Below are positions 36,600 to 46,328 of a DNA stretch of 64,000 nt, piece by piece. The notes under the pieces were generated by a model that worked only from the letters and a program-made list of their open reading frames with translations, had not been told where the DNA came from and searched no databases. A program made the position numbers and the translations under genes. The stretch's first letter is position 1. Every line of letters starts with the position of its first letter. Source of the stretch: a bacterium (GTDB lineage: Bacteria > Patescibacteriota > Minisyncoccia > Moranbacterales > UBA1568); assembly GCA_021821305.1 (NCBI GenBank), contig JAKACP010000001.1, positions 68,934 to 132,933 on the forward strand, read 5' to 3'.

Positions 36600-37124
36600 C
36601 TAGCTGCTCCTGAACTTCTCAGGAACGTCGTCCCAAGTAGCGAAGAGAGCGAGAACCTCATACTCAACTGGCCCCTTTGGACCATCGGATGATCCTGTGT
36701 CGCCAATGTGTAGACCCATGAGTGCTTGAGCCATCGGCGCGTTATAGGCGACGCGTTGCTGTGGGACATCCGTTTCGCCGTAGCCAACGATTTCCCAGAC
36801 AAACTCGTCTTCTTCGCCACTCACCTTGTAGTAACGATTCAGAAGCACGATAGATCCGAGCTGCACTCTTGTCGTATTACGCTTGTCGAAAGCAAACACC
36901 TGAGCACTTGCAATGAGGGCATTGAGACTAGCCACTTCTTGGGCCTTCCTCTTTTCATCCTGTTCCAACCTGTTGAAGTAGGGATTGTCATGCCATGTAT
37001 CGCCAGTAGCCGTATACGCCGTAGCTTTTTCCATCCGGAGTGCTTCCAGCTCTTCGTTCAACATATTCAGCCTCCCATTGAGAAGATCCAGCCCCGTCTT
37101 GCTTACATAAATGACGTTTGCCAT
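36600..37124 (-). CDS. GreA/GreB-family transcription elongation factor-like protein
   Basis: It has an N-terminal coiled-coil region and a C-terminal FKBP-like domain (PMAQALMGLHIGD...GPVEYEVLAL). Confidence 0.55.
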   Translation of the reverse strand: MANVIYVSKTGLDLLNGRLNMLNEELEALRMEKATAYTATGDTWHDNPYFNRLEQDEKRKAQEVASLNALIASAQVFAFDKRNTTRVQLGSIVLLNRYYKVSGEEDEFVWEIVGYGETDVPQQRVAYNAPMAQALMGLHIGDTGSSDGPKGPVEYEVLALFATWDDVPEKFRSS

Positions 37125-37134
37125 TGCATACTCC

Positions 37135-37872
37135 TTAAATACCCATTTGGTAACGAAGATTCTCGATTTTTTCCACGATTTTCTGACGAGTCATTGCCGG
37201 AGACGGGAGCGTAGCTTGTTCAGACCCCAAGCTCCTTTCCGAAAGCAAGTCATTAGTCACCCAGCCGACATTTTCGTGGGTAATCACCAAAGTGGCAACA
37301 AACTGATCATTGGGCGTATCCACACGGTGCAACACCTCCCCCTCGATTGAATAGATGCTGCCTTCGGTAACACGCTCAGTCCCTATGCTGACGAGCTTGG
37401 TCTTGCCTCGGCTTTCTACATCGTAGTGCTCCTTGCTGCCACGAGCGTAATACCGGTAGTGGAAGTACTCTTCTCCCTCTTCGTCTGGAGTAGCAAACCG
37501 GTAGCTGTGATTGTCGGCGTATCCTACCAAAACTGCCGATGAGAAATCCCAACGATGATTATGGACATTCTGTCGAGGCCTCTTGGCATTCGGGATGGCA
37601 AGTGGATGCCACAAATGCAAGCGCATCTTCATTTTCGTCTCAGAATCCTGGAAGAGGACGATCTTGTCGAATCCATTGTCATGGGCATACGAATCCGTGT
37701 GATGGTGAGCCGAGTGCAGCGTGCCGTAGATGAACTCGTCAAGCATCGCTGCCAGAACGCTTGGCTGGACAAGCCGCTGCAGCTCTTCCGTAACCGATAC
37801 TGCTTTCGCTTTGCGCTCAAGAAGAGCTAGGCGTAGGAATCTCTCCTCCCACTCGGGGTTATAGAGTGTCAT
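37135..37872 (-). CDS. hypothetical protein (245 aa), His-rich, possible cupin-like fold
   Basis: It has the HLWHP...NVHNHRWDF motifs. No confident family is recognised. Confidence 0.45.
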   Translation of the reverse strand: MTLYNPEWEERFLRLALLERKAKAVSVTEELQRLVQPSVLAAMLDEFIYGTLHSAHHHTDSYAHDNGFDKIVLFQDSETKMKMRLHLWHPLAIPNAKRPRQNVHNHRWDFSSAVLVGYADNHSYRFATPDEEGEEYFHYRYYARGSKEHYDVESRGKTKLVSIGTERVTEGSIYSIEGEVLHRVDTPNDQFVATLVITHENVGWVTNDLLSERSLGSEQATLPSPAMTRQKIVEKIENLRYQMGI

Positions 37873-38420
37873 GATTTATCTCCTCTTAGATTGAGACTAG
37901 CCAAGATGAGGTCTGTGGTTTCCTCGACCGTGGCATCACTCGTGTCTATCACACTGTGGCCGAAAGTCTTGAAAATCCTGTCGGCCTGTCGTTGCAATGG
38001 CAGGTTCAGCTCGAGATCGTTTACATTCTTTCGTGAACGAAGTCGCTTCTTTCTCACCTCTTCCCTTGCTGTCAATATGAATGTGTAATCAGGCATGACA
38101 AGCTGGGTTATCTCGAAGAGTGACTGGATTTGAGTATCCATGGCTCCATGAAATGCAAAGGTTGAATAGATGTAGCGGTCGCACACGACACCAGAGGTTT
38201 TGAGTATTTCTCCGATCTTCTTCGAGTCGTGCTGTGTTGCCGCGCGATAGAAGAAGTAACGCGCCAGTGGCTCGACATCAGTATCGACAATGGAACGGGC
38301 TGATGAGAATAGACCGCCGGGACTCTTGTAGTACTGGTAGCCTAGCCTTTCTGCCAAACGCTTTCCGACCTCTGTTTTTCCCACTGCATCTACCCCTTCT
38401 ATACAGATGAAGATAGTCAT
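37869..38420 (-). CDS. thymidylate (dTMP) kinase-like P-loop kinase
   Basis: The P-loop is ICIEGVDAVGKTE and the DRY motif is VCDRYIYSTFAFHG. Confidence 0.6.
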   Translation of the reverse strand: MTIFICIEGVDAVGKTEVGKRLAERLGYQYYKSPGGLFSSARSIVDTDVEPLARYFFYRAATQHDSKKIGEILKTSGVVCDRYIYSTFAFHGAMDTQIQSLFEITQLVMPDYTFILTAREEVRKKRLRSRKNVNDLELNLPLQRQADRIFKTFGHSVIDTSDATVEETTDLILASLNLRGDKS

Positions 38421-38810
38421 GCTCTACTCCTTGTAGGGTTGCGAGTTGTTAAGTTACTAAACAAATTACAATATCATAATCCCTATTACTTGCCAATACC
38501 CCGTAATGTTTCAATTACCTTTGCATCACCGTGATACGCTGACCTGTTTAATGCGAAGCTATGGCCTATACAACGAATTCGAAGGCGCCGAAGGTGCGAT
38601 GGGAAGCGGTGAAGATAGTTTCAGTTGGAGGTGTGGCACAAAATAGAAGGGTAAAGTAAATATCCTTTCACCAGCAATGGTGAAACGCGTTTCGAGCCTT
38701 TGTGTGAAAGAAAAGGTTTTCTGATTTGACCGTTTCTTTGACCCAAACACGAAAGTTACTAGCTCCTTCAAGAGCTTAATGCAAACTTTATATGTCATTA
38801 CAAAATACGC

Positions 38811-38850
38811 CAGACACATAAAAACCCAGTCGCCAATGAAGGCAACTGGG
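38811..38850 (-). terminator. rho-independent terminator downstream of the GNAT gene
   Basis: On the minus strand: CCCAGTTGCCTTCATTGGCGACTGGG followed by TTTTTATG. Confidence 0.4.
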
Positions 38851-38870
38851 TAACTGAGGGAGCGATACAG

Positions 38871-39395
38871 TCATGTTCGATAAATCCGATAGGCAACTAT
38901 GGTGTGATCTTCCCCTCTGGCGTTCTGGGAGATGAATTCTTCTTCCTCCGAGATTCCGCCAAGCTTTTCCGGAATACGACGACTGGGAACATTGTCCTTA
39001 TGAACCGGATAGTATAGGTACTCATACTCGATATGCTCGTCGGCCCATCGCTTAAGAGCCGCGACGATCTCGAATCCGAAACCGTTGTTCCATGCTGATT
39101 CCTTGAGCCATAGCCCCGGCTCGGGTCGCGTCCAGAGGTGATGCAACCCCGTGCATCCGATGAATTCCTCGGAGTTTTTTGACACCGCGACAAATTGAAG
39201 TTCTCCCCCTCGCCCCATACTGTCCAGCGAACCGGAAATGAACGCATCGGTATCAGCTATGTTTCCGGTCGGCTGTGGCCAAGTATACCGCGCCACCCGA
39301 TCTGTGAATGCCTGAAAAATTTCTTGCCGGTATTTCGCAGAAATCGGCACCAGAAGGAGCCGCTCTGTCTCGATTGTCACACTCCGTAAATCCAT
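38871..39395 (-). CDS. GNAT-family N-acetyltransferase (RimJ/RimL-like)
   Basis: The start is at the internal MDLRSV. The acetyl-CoA-binding region is ELQFVAVSKNSEEFIGCTGL...FGFEIVAAL. Confidence 0.65.
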   Translation of the reverse strand: MDLRSVTIETERLLLVPISAKYRQEIFQAFTDRVARYTWPQPTGNIADTDAFISGSLDSMGRGGELQFVAVSKNSEEFIGCTGLHHLWTRPEPGLWLKESAWNNGFGFEIVAALKRWADEHIEYEYLYYPVHKDNVPSRRIPEKLGGISEEEEFISQNARGEDHTIVAYRIYRT

Positions 39396-39517
39396 GATTT
39401 CGTCCCTTATAACATTTTGAATGAGCTTGTCACCGGGCATAATTCCTAATGACAGACCATCTTATACCATAAATTCCATCATGTAAATAAGATCGGTCAG
39501 TTCAGTTGTCAAAGGAA

Positions 39518-39542
39518 AATGAAAAGGCGGCGTTTCCGCCGC
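39518..39542 (-). terminator. hairpin terminator; one of two identical 25-nt copies flanking the metallophosphoesterase gene
   Basis: On the minus strand: gcggcggaaacgccgcc followed by ttttcatt. Confidence 0.45.
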
Positions 39543-39676
39543 GTCTCCCAACTTCACTTGAGCCCTGTTATCCGAAGCAAGAAAGGACCTGCTCTTTTTT
39601 CTGCTTCTTTTCAAATGATGACGCTCGCGAAAAAGGCAGGCCCGGCTTTCAAAAAAGCGAAGGTTCAACAGTTCTC

Positions 39677-40441
39677 TCAGTGGCTTTCCAAATGACGTAA
39701 TACAACGCTCCCGTCGGAAAAAAAGTCAAAAAGAGACATCTTCCCCTCGTTCACCTTGTAAGCGATATTGCACGCGGAAACCGTACCGCGTGCTTTTTTT
39801 ATCCCCCGCGGACCATGATGAGCATGCCCGCTCAGGGCCAAGTGTGGATTTACTTGTTCGATAGCATCGCCCAGTCTCGAGCTGCCAAGAATGACATAGA
39901 GTTCTTTCGGTTCTCCTTCTATCGTTTCTTCGAAGGCCGCCCAGTGTGTAAGGGTGATCTTAAAATCAGGAGCCGCATTCTCCATTTGGTATAAGGCTGT
40001 TTTCAGTTTTTCCACTTCGCGATCTTCTTCTTCCACGAAAGACTTTGTCGCGCGCTCTCCACGGCTCACGATTCTGTGCGGGGCGAAGCCACCGCCATAC
40101 CCTTTCGCTCCGCCAATACCGACTTTCTTCCCATTCAGTTCATATTCGGCATACTCGCCATCAAGCACCTTGATAGACGGGTTCCCCAAAAGCATCTCTT
40201 TTATCCCATCCACATCATCGGCATCATAATCATGATTACCAAAGACCACGATTATCGGAACTTGTACACCGGAGACAAGATCAAGAAAGTGTTCCACTTC
40301 TTTCTTTTTCCCGTCATTCATATCGCCACCGATGATAAGCAGATCCGCAGTATCGTTTACATGATCAAAAAAGTCCTTTTGGATAGGATATTTGTTGACA
40401 TGAATGTCGCTTACAGCCGCAATGGAAAATACCGGTTTCAT
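39677..40441 (-). CDS. calcineurin-like metallophosphoesterase
   Basis: MPE motifs are present (VSDIHV, GGDMND, GNHDY, SGHAHH). Confidence 0.75.
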   Translation of the reverse strand: MKPVFSIAAVSDIHVNKYPIQKDFFDHVNDTADLLIIGGDMNDGKKKEVEHFLDLVSGVQVPIIVVFGNHDYDADDVDGIKEMLLGNPSIKVLDGEYAEYELNGKKVGIGGAKGYGGGFAPHRIVSRGERATKSFVEEEDREVEKLKTALYQMENAAPDFKITLTHWAAFEETIEGEPKELYVILGSSRLGDAIEQVNPHLALSGHAHHGPRGIKKARGTVSACNIAYKVNEGKMSLFDFFSDGSVVLRHLESH

Positions 40442-40479
40442 GCTTTAAGACTACCACAATGTTCGGATATGATACTAGA

Positions 40480-40504
40480 TAATGAAAAGGCGGCGTTTCC
40501 GCCG
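40480..40504 (-). terminator. hairpin terminator; identical 25-nt copy of 39518-39542
   Basis: The sequence aatgaaaaggcggcgtttccgccgc is identical at both sites. Confidence 0.45.
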
Positions 40505-40590
40505 CTCTTTAGCACAGTCCGCCGTCATCAATTTTTCATTTCGGTTTCCGCTTCCGGTTAGAAATTAGGAATTAGAACTTAGACATTGGC

Positions 40591-41694
40591 CTAGTACACG
40601 TATCCCTTGATCGAGCGGCTCGAGACCGCGATCACGCGCTTGTTCACTTTGCCCCATCCCTTGTAGTTCATTTCCGAGACGGTGATAGTGCCGCCGGAGA
40701 CCTTTTCCACGAGCGCGACGTGGCCGTAGTAGGCGTTGTCGGTCGTGACGACGATCGCGCCGACCGCCGGGGTCTTACCGGTCTTGTAGCCCATGGCGCG
40801 GGCGTTGTAGAGCCAGGTGCCGGCATTGCCGCCCCATGGGACATAGCGCTTCTGCGCGATATACCAGGTACAGTAGCCGTATGGGAACCGGTGCCCGGTT
40901 CCCGCCTTGCCCTCGAGTTTCTTGCCGACGCCGGATACGTCCGTGATATTCCCCGATCCCGAGGAGGTGGCGTACTGGCGGAGACCGATACCGGTCGTCG
41001 GCTCCGGCTTGGGCATTTCCTTGTATCCGCCCGGGATGACGATCGATTCGCCGGACACGAGCTCGCCGTTCGCCGGAAGCCCGTTGAACGATATGATCGT
41101 GGCCCGGTCGGCCTTGTATTTGGAAGCGATGGCGTCGATGGTCTCGCCGCTCGCCACCTTGTGCGAGAGTCCGGCGACCGGCAGGATGAATATCTGATCT
41201 CCGGGTTTGATGGAGTCGACATTGTCGAGGTCGTTCGCCCAGAGGATGGTGTTGACGGTGATCTTGTGCTTGGCCGCGATGCCGGACACCGTGTCGCCGT
41301 CCTTGACCGTATAGACGCTCACGCCGCCTTCCTCTTCCGGATCCTTGGTGATCGAAGCGCCGGCTTCCGCGGAAAGAAGAGCTCCTTCCTGGAACGCTAC
41401 GAGCTCGGCTTGGTCGTCGGCCGCCTTGTCAGCGGGGTCGATGGTGGCGACAGCGGTCGCGAGCGGAGCGAGGGAAAGGTTGGTCGTCGCCGTCTGCTCG
41501 GACGCGAAAGACTTCCGAGGGAGCTCGGACGTGGCGGAAACGGTGTCACGGAAAGACCCGAACACCGGGCTCTCGGAGCCCTGTTCCTGGGTGACATTCG
41601 TGACTGATACGAGAAGGGCGCTCGAGACTACCAGGGAAAAAGCGCCATAATTGCGGAATGGTTCGACGAGACGTCCGCCGAAACCGCCCTTCAC
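40591..41694 (-). CDS. secreted peptidoglycan hydrolase with two LysM domains and a C-terminal CHAP domain
   Basis: The LysM repeats are YTVKDGDTVSGIAAKHKITVNTILWAN and HKVASGETIDAIASKYKADRATIISFN. The CHAP Cys motif is YGYCTWY, with His in YYGHVALV. Confidence 0.8.
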   Translation of the reverse strand: MKGGFGGRLVEPFRNYGAFSLVVSSALLVSVTNVTQEQGSESPVFGSFRDTVSATSELPRKSFASEQTATTNLSLAPLATAVATIDPADKAADDQAELVAFQEGALLSAEAGASITKDPEEEGGVSVYTVKDGDTVSGIAAKHKITVNTILWANDLDNVDSIKPGDQIFILPVAGLSHKVASGETIDAIASKYKADRATIISFNGLPANGELVSGESIVIPGGYKEMPKPEPTTGIGLRQYATSSGSGNITDVSGVGKKLEGKAGTGHRFPYGYCTWYIAQKRYVPWGGNAGTWLYNARAMGYKTGKTPAVGAIVVTTDNAYYGHVALVEKVSGGTITVSEMNYKGWGKVNKRVIAVSSRSIKGYVY

Positions 41695-42072
41695 TGCCTC
41701 AATAGCCTCGCGCTGGAAGCGGTGGACCGCCGTATCGATGAGAGCGAATCTCTCCGCGGCGATTTCCCGGACCCGGGCGATGGCTGTTTTGATGCGAGAA
41801 AGAATAATAGGGAAGATCCCTTTCCTGAGACGGGGGCTGTAGGCAAGGCGCTCCTTTAATGAAAAAGAAGCCGCTCAAACCATCGGCCTCCGACCTAATT
41901 TTTACGCTTGGAAAGTATAGCCCTTCTCCGGGCTCCTGTCAACAGTTTTCGCCTCATTTTCTCATTTTTTTGGCTCTATGAAAGCAAAAATTAATAAGAT
42001 ACCGACAGGCGATCCGCAGGCGAAAAAGGTACCGGGAAGGGGAAAATCCGGTTTGCCTGGTATAATGCCGTC

Positions 42073-43014
42073 ATGACCTCCATGACCCCCCTCCGATCCC
42101 TCATGAAACGGTTCTCGAGCCACCTCGAGATCGAGCTTGGCCGTGCGCCGAGGACGATATCGAACTATGAGCGGTCGCTCGGGAAGTTTTTCGACTGGAG
42201 CGGAGCGAAAACCCCCGAAGACATCACCTTCGACCGGATCCGGGAGTTCCGCATCTTCCTCAACCGGTCGGAAAACGGCCGCGGCGAGCCGCTCCGGAAA
42301 ACGACGCAGATCTATCATATCGTCGTCCTGCGCTCGTTCCTCAAGTTCCTGGCCAAGGAGGATATCGTCACCGTCCCCGCGGAAAAGATCGAGATCGGCA
42401 GGGTCCCGGACCGCCAGGTCGACTTCCTCGAGCTCGACGAGGTGATGCGCCTCATCGAGGCGGCCGACGGCGACAGCCTCCGCGCGCGGCGGGACCGCGC
42501 CATACTCGAGCTCCTCTTCTCGGCCGGCCTCCGCGTCTCCGAACTGACGAGTCTCGACCGCTCGTCGGTCAACCTCAACAAGGGCGAGTTCAGCGTCCGC
42601 GGCAAGGGCTCCAAGCTCCGGGTCGTCTTCCTCTCCGACGACGCGCGCCGTGCGCTCGAACGCTACCTCGACAAACGCACCGACATGGACCCGGCCATCT
42701 TCATCTCCCTCCCGAAGAAGGGGCTGGGCAAGGAACGCAAGAACGGAAGCCTCCGGCTCACGGAGCGGAGCGTCCAGCGCATCGTGAAACGCGCGGCGGT
42801 GAAGGCGGGCATCGTCAAGGACGTGCACCCGCACACGCTCCGGCACAGTTTCGCGACGGACCTCCTCCAGGGCGGCGCCGACATCCGCGCGGTACAGGCG
42901 ATGCTCGGCCACTCATCCATCACCACCACCCAGATCTACACCCACGTCACCAACGAACGCCTCCGCGAGATCCACGAGAAATTCCACGGGAAAAAGAAAA
43001 GGACGGGCACATGA
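42073..43014 (+). CDS. tyrosine site-specific recombinase, XerC/XerD family
   Basis: The catalytic RHRY motifs are present (LRVSEL, HTLRHSFATDLLQGGADIRAVQAMLGHSSITTTQIYTHV). Confidence 0.8.
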   Translation: MTSMTPLRSLMKRFSSHLEIELGRAPRTISNYERSLGKFFDWSGAKTPEDITFDRIREFRIFLNRSENGRGEPLRKTTQIYHIVVLRSFLKFLAKEDIVTVPAEKIEIGRVPDRQVDFLELDEVMRLIEAADGDSLRARRDRAILELLFSAGLRVSELTSLDRSSVNLNKGEFSVRGKGSKLRVVFLSDDARRALERYLDKRTDMDPAIFISLPKKGLGKERKNGSLRLTERSVQRIVKRAAVKAGIVKDVHPHTLRHSFATDLLQGGADIRAVQAMLGHSSITTTQIYTHVTNERLREIHEKFHGKKKRTGT

Positions 43015-43033
43015 GTGCACGCCCGAAAGAACC

Positions 43034-43903
43034 CTATATATCCGCCGCGTCGAAAAGCTGTCTCGAGTGGAACTGCATCACGCGAAGGGAATAGGCGAAA
43101 CGCTGGTATACCCGTTCACGACTTATCCCCATCGAGGTCGCGATATCGGCGAGATCCAACTCCTGATTCCGGCCGTTGAGACCGAACTTGCGCTCGACGA
43201 TTTCCAGATCGCGCGGGTTCTTGAGACATCCGAGCAATTTTTCCGCGGCCTGCACGGAATCCAACCTGTCCGATATGGAATCGGCATGATTTTCTTCCTG
43301 GTCATGGAGGACATCGTGGAGAGTCCGTTCATCCCCTTCTATCGCCGCATCGATCGAGAGCATCCGCGACGCCACCTTCCGTGCCAAGACGATTTTCGAT
43401 ACCGGAGTGCCGAGAATATCGGAAAGTTCCTCGTCCGTCGGCTCACGTCCGTTTTCCATGAAAAATTTCCGTTCCTCGCGGAAGATTTTCCTTGCCATAT
43501 CACCGATATGTTCGGGAACATGGACGACACGGTCCTTGCTCAGCGCCCGAAAGACGGCCTGTCGTATCCACCAGGTGGCATAGGTCGAGAATTTGAACCC
43601 GCGATCGGGGTCGAATTTCTCGACGGCCACGAAAAGACCGAGATTCCCCTCCTGTATGAGATCGGCCATCGGCATTCCCGTCCGACAATAATTCCTCGCG
43701 ATGGATATGACCAGGAAGAGGTTATGCTCGATGAGTTCCGTTCTTGCCTGCTCGTCGCCGGCTTGAATGCGCCGCCCGTACTCCCGTTCCTCTTCGAACG
43801 TGAGTATCCGGTGGCGTGCCTCGCTTATGTATGTCGAAACGATATTCCGTTCCTCGCGATTCTCATTGGTCAATTCGTCCAACAAATCGTCATCGGGTTC
43901 CAA
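43034..43903 (-). CDS. RNA polymerase sigma factor, sigma-70 family (short primary-like)
   Basis: Region 2 is [34 protein letters not shown] and region 4 is ISRERVYQ. Confidence 0.8.
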   Translation of the reverse strand: MEPDDDLLDELTNENREERNIVSTYISEARHRILTFEEEREYGRRIQAGDEQARTELIEHNLFLVISIARNYCRTGMPMADLIQEGNLGLFVAVEKFDPDRGFKFSTYATWWIRQAVFRALSKDRVVHVPEHIGDMARKIFREERKFFMENGREPTDEELSDILGTPVSKIVLARKVASRMLSIDAAIEGDERTLHDVLHDQEENHADSISDRLDSVQAAEKLLGCLKNPRDLEIVERKFGLNGRNQELDLADIATSMGISRERVYQRFAYSLRVMQFHSRQLFDAADI

Positions 43904-43970
43904 TTCAGACTCCTTTTGTGAAAGAAACTGATTTCAAATAAACACGTTTCCTCGCTTTTGTCAAGAAACC

Positions 43971-46235
43971 TCAGACTTTCCGAAGCGGCGCGACGCCGAT
44001 CATCATTTTCTTGACGCCGACTTTCTTGAACGCGATGGTCGCGATCGTGCCGGACAGCGAAATGATGATACCGCCGCCGAATTCCGGATGCGATACGTTG
44101 TCCCCGGGCCGGAGATCGGTCTCGGCCACGATGGGTTCGCCCGACGGCGTCGATTTCGGCGCTGACATCATGTGCGTCGGCGAGGACGATGTATGCCGGG
44201 AACCGCCTCGGGGGAAACCTCCCCGGCGCGGGCGCGAAGCATAGGAAAGGAGCGAGAGTTGATCCTCCTCGACGGTTTCCTCGACGAGGGTGGTCGGGAT
44301 CTCGGCGATGAACCGCGAGGACGGGTTGACGTTGGTGGAGCCGAAGAGCATGCGCTGTTCGGCGGAGAGGAGATAGAGTTTCTCCTTGGCGCGGGTCAGG
44401 CCGACGTACATGAGCCGGCGCTCCTCTTCGAGATCCTCCTCGGAAAACGCGCTCCGCGAATGCGGGAACACGCCCTCCTCGAGACCCGCGAGAAAGACTA
44501 TCGGGAATTCGAGTCCCTTGGCGCTGTGGAGCGTCATCAAGTGCACCGCGTCGGCCGTCCCGTCGATCGAGTCCGTGTCCGAGGAGAGCGCGACCTCCTC
44601 GAGGAAGGTGCGGAGTCCCTCCGCGAGCGGCAGTTCGTCGTATTTTTTCGCGACGCCGAAAAGTTCGCGGACGTTTTCTTCACGCTCCGCCCCCTCGCTC
44701 GTCCCGTCGCGAAGCGACAGGAGGTATCCGGATTCGGTCGCGAGCGTCTCGAGGAGGAACGAGAATCTGATGCTCGTCTTCTCCTTTTCCATCTCATGGC
44801 GGAGCGGCGCGAACAGTCCGGCGAATGTCTTCAGTATGAGGATCTTCTTTTCCGGGATGCCGCTTTCGGACGCCGTCATCGTCTCGGTCGCGGCGAGGAG
44901 ATCGAGGCCCGTCGCATCGGCATACGCGCGCCACTTGCCGAGCGTCACGTCGCCGATCGTCCGCCTCGGCTCGTTTATGATGCGGCCGAGCGCCATGGCG
45001 TCGCGGGGATTGAGGAGAAGGCGCGCGTACGATATCACGTCCTTCACCTCCTTGCGCTGGTAGAACTTGAGCCCGCCGACGATACGGTAGGGAATCGAGA
45101 AGCGAAGCAGAAGCTCTTCCATCGCCCGCGACTGCGCGTTGGTCCGGTAGAGCACCGCGAAGTCGCCGAAACGCCGTCCGGCCTCGTGCCGCTTGGCTAT
45201 CGTGGTCGCGACGAACGCGGCCTCCTCGCCCTCGTCCCGAAGCGTCTTTATGGTGATGAGCTCCCCTTCCTTCGATTCGGTCCAGAGTTTCTTCTCGCGC
45301 TGGCTCTTGTTCCGCGAGATGACGCCGCTCGCGGCATCGAGGATGATCTGTGTCGATCGATAGTTGCGCTCGAGCGTGATGACCGTCGCTTCCGGATAGT
45401 CGCGTTCGAACTCGAGGATGTTGCGGATATCCGCCTGGCGCCACCGGTAGATGGACTGGTAGTCGTCGCCGATGACGAAGATGTTGCGCCGTTTCCTGGC
45501 GAGCGCCTGTACCATGAGGTACTGGAGCGGGTTCGTGTCCTGGTACTCGTCGACCATGACGTATTGGAAGAGGTCCTGATACCGTTCGAGGGTTTCCGGC
45601 GACTCGCGGAAGAGTTTGACCACGAGGCGGAGGAGATCGTCGAAGTCGAGGCTCTCGGTCTTTTTCAGTTCCTCCTGATAGCGGCGGTAGACCCGGGCAA
45701 CCTGTTCCTCGTAGAAGCTCCCGGCCTGGATCATGAAATCCTCGTCGTCGAGGAACGATCCCTTGGCCTTGGATATCGCCTCGAGCACGGACCGTGGCTT
45801 GATCTGATCCGGATCCATCTCGAGTTCCTTCATCGCGGAACGCACGATGCTCACCTGATCGTCGGCGTCGAGGATGTTGAAGCTCGTGCTGTAGCCGAGT
45901 ATGCCGATATCGCGGCGCAGTATCCTCGCCGATATCGCATGGAACGTTCCGACCACGGGCATCCCGCGGAAGCGTGTCGGGGATTCGCTCTCCGACGCGG
46001 CCTCCGCGAGGAGGTTTCCGATACGGTCCTTCATCTCGCCGGCCGCCTTGTTCGTGAACGTGACCGCGAGGATGTTCTCGGGCGCGACGCCCTTTTCGGC
46101 CATGAGGTAGGCGATCCGGTGGGTCAGGGTCTTCGTTTTTCCCGATCCGGCACCCGCCAGGATCAGGACCGGCCCCTCCGTCTGGAGCACGGCGCGGCGC
46201 TGTTCGGGGTTGAGTCCGCGTTCCCAGAATTTCAT
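43971..46235 (-). CDS. pcrA: ATP-dependent DNA helicase PcrA/UvrD
   Basis: It has the SF1 helicase motifs (AGAGSGKT, VDEYQDTN, VGDDYQSIYRWR). Confidence 0.85.
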   Translation of the reverse strand: MKFWERGLNPEQRRAVLQTEGPVLILAGAGSGKTKTLTHRIAYLMAEKGVAPENILAVTFTNKAAGEMKDRIGNLLAEAASESESPTRFRGMPVVGTFHAISARILRRDIGILGYSTSFNILDADDQVSIVRSAMKELEMDPDQIKPRSVLEAISKAKGSFLDDEDFMIQAGSFYEEQVARVYRRYQEELKKTESLDFDDLLRLVVKLFRESPETLERYQDLFQYVMVDEYQDTNPLQYLMVQALARKRRNIFVIGDDYQSIYRWRQADIRNILEFERDYPEATVITLERNYRSTQIILDAASGVISRNKSQREKKLWTESKEGELITIKTLRDEGEEAAFVATTIAKRHEAGRRFGDFAVLYRTNAQSRAMEELLLRFSIPYRIVGGLKFYQRKEVKDVISYARLLLNPRDAMALGRIINEPRRTIGDVTLGKWRAYADATGLDLLAATETMTASESGIPEKKILILKTFAGLFAPLRHEMEKEKTSIRFSFLLETLATESGYLLSLRDGTSEGAEREENVRELFGVAKKYDELPLAEGLRTFLEEVALSSDTDSIDGTADAVHLMTLHSAKGLEFPIVFLAGLEEGVFPHSRSAFSEEDLEEERRLMYVGLTRAKEKLYLLSAEQRMLFGSTNVNPSSRFIAEIPTTLVEETVEEDQLSLLSYASRPRRGGFPRGGSRHTSSSPTHMMSAPKSTPSGEPIVAETDLRPGDNVSHPEFGGGIIISLSGTIATIAFKKVGVKKMMIGVAPLRKV

Positions 46236-46283
46236 ACGGAATATTCACTGATGACCGATACAGTGTAGCACGGCAGGACGACC

Positions 46284-46295
46284 GGAAAAAGAGTG
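46284..46295 (+). promoter_or_regulatory. extended -10 promoter element (TGTTATAAT)
   Basis: gtgttataatg lies ~35 nt upstream of the PAP2 gene ATG. Confidence 0.3.
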
Positions 46296-46328
46296 TTATA
46301 ATGAATACGATAACCCGTCACATATCAT

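Larger units (their letters stand above)
35800..40560. other. low-GC (~40-48%) genomic island inserted in a ~60%+ GC chromosome, six minus-strand genes
   Basis: There is an abrupt compositional shift visible by eye. The genes are NUDIX, GreA-like, hypothetical, dTMP-kinase-like, GNAT and metallophosphoesterase. It is flanked by T4SS-like genes on one side and a LysM-CHAP hydrolase gene on the other. Confidence 0.55.

Noticed and set aside
42073-43014. Tyrosine recombinase as the integrase of the adjacent low-GC island or T4SS locus
   Set aside because: The protein has the full XerC/XerD-type C-terminal signature (HTLRHSFAT...LGHSSITTTQIYTHV) typical of chromosome dimer resolution. It is divergently oriented and lies 1.5 kb outside the island. 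A mobile-element role cannot be excluded but is not supported.
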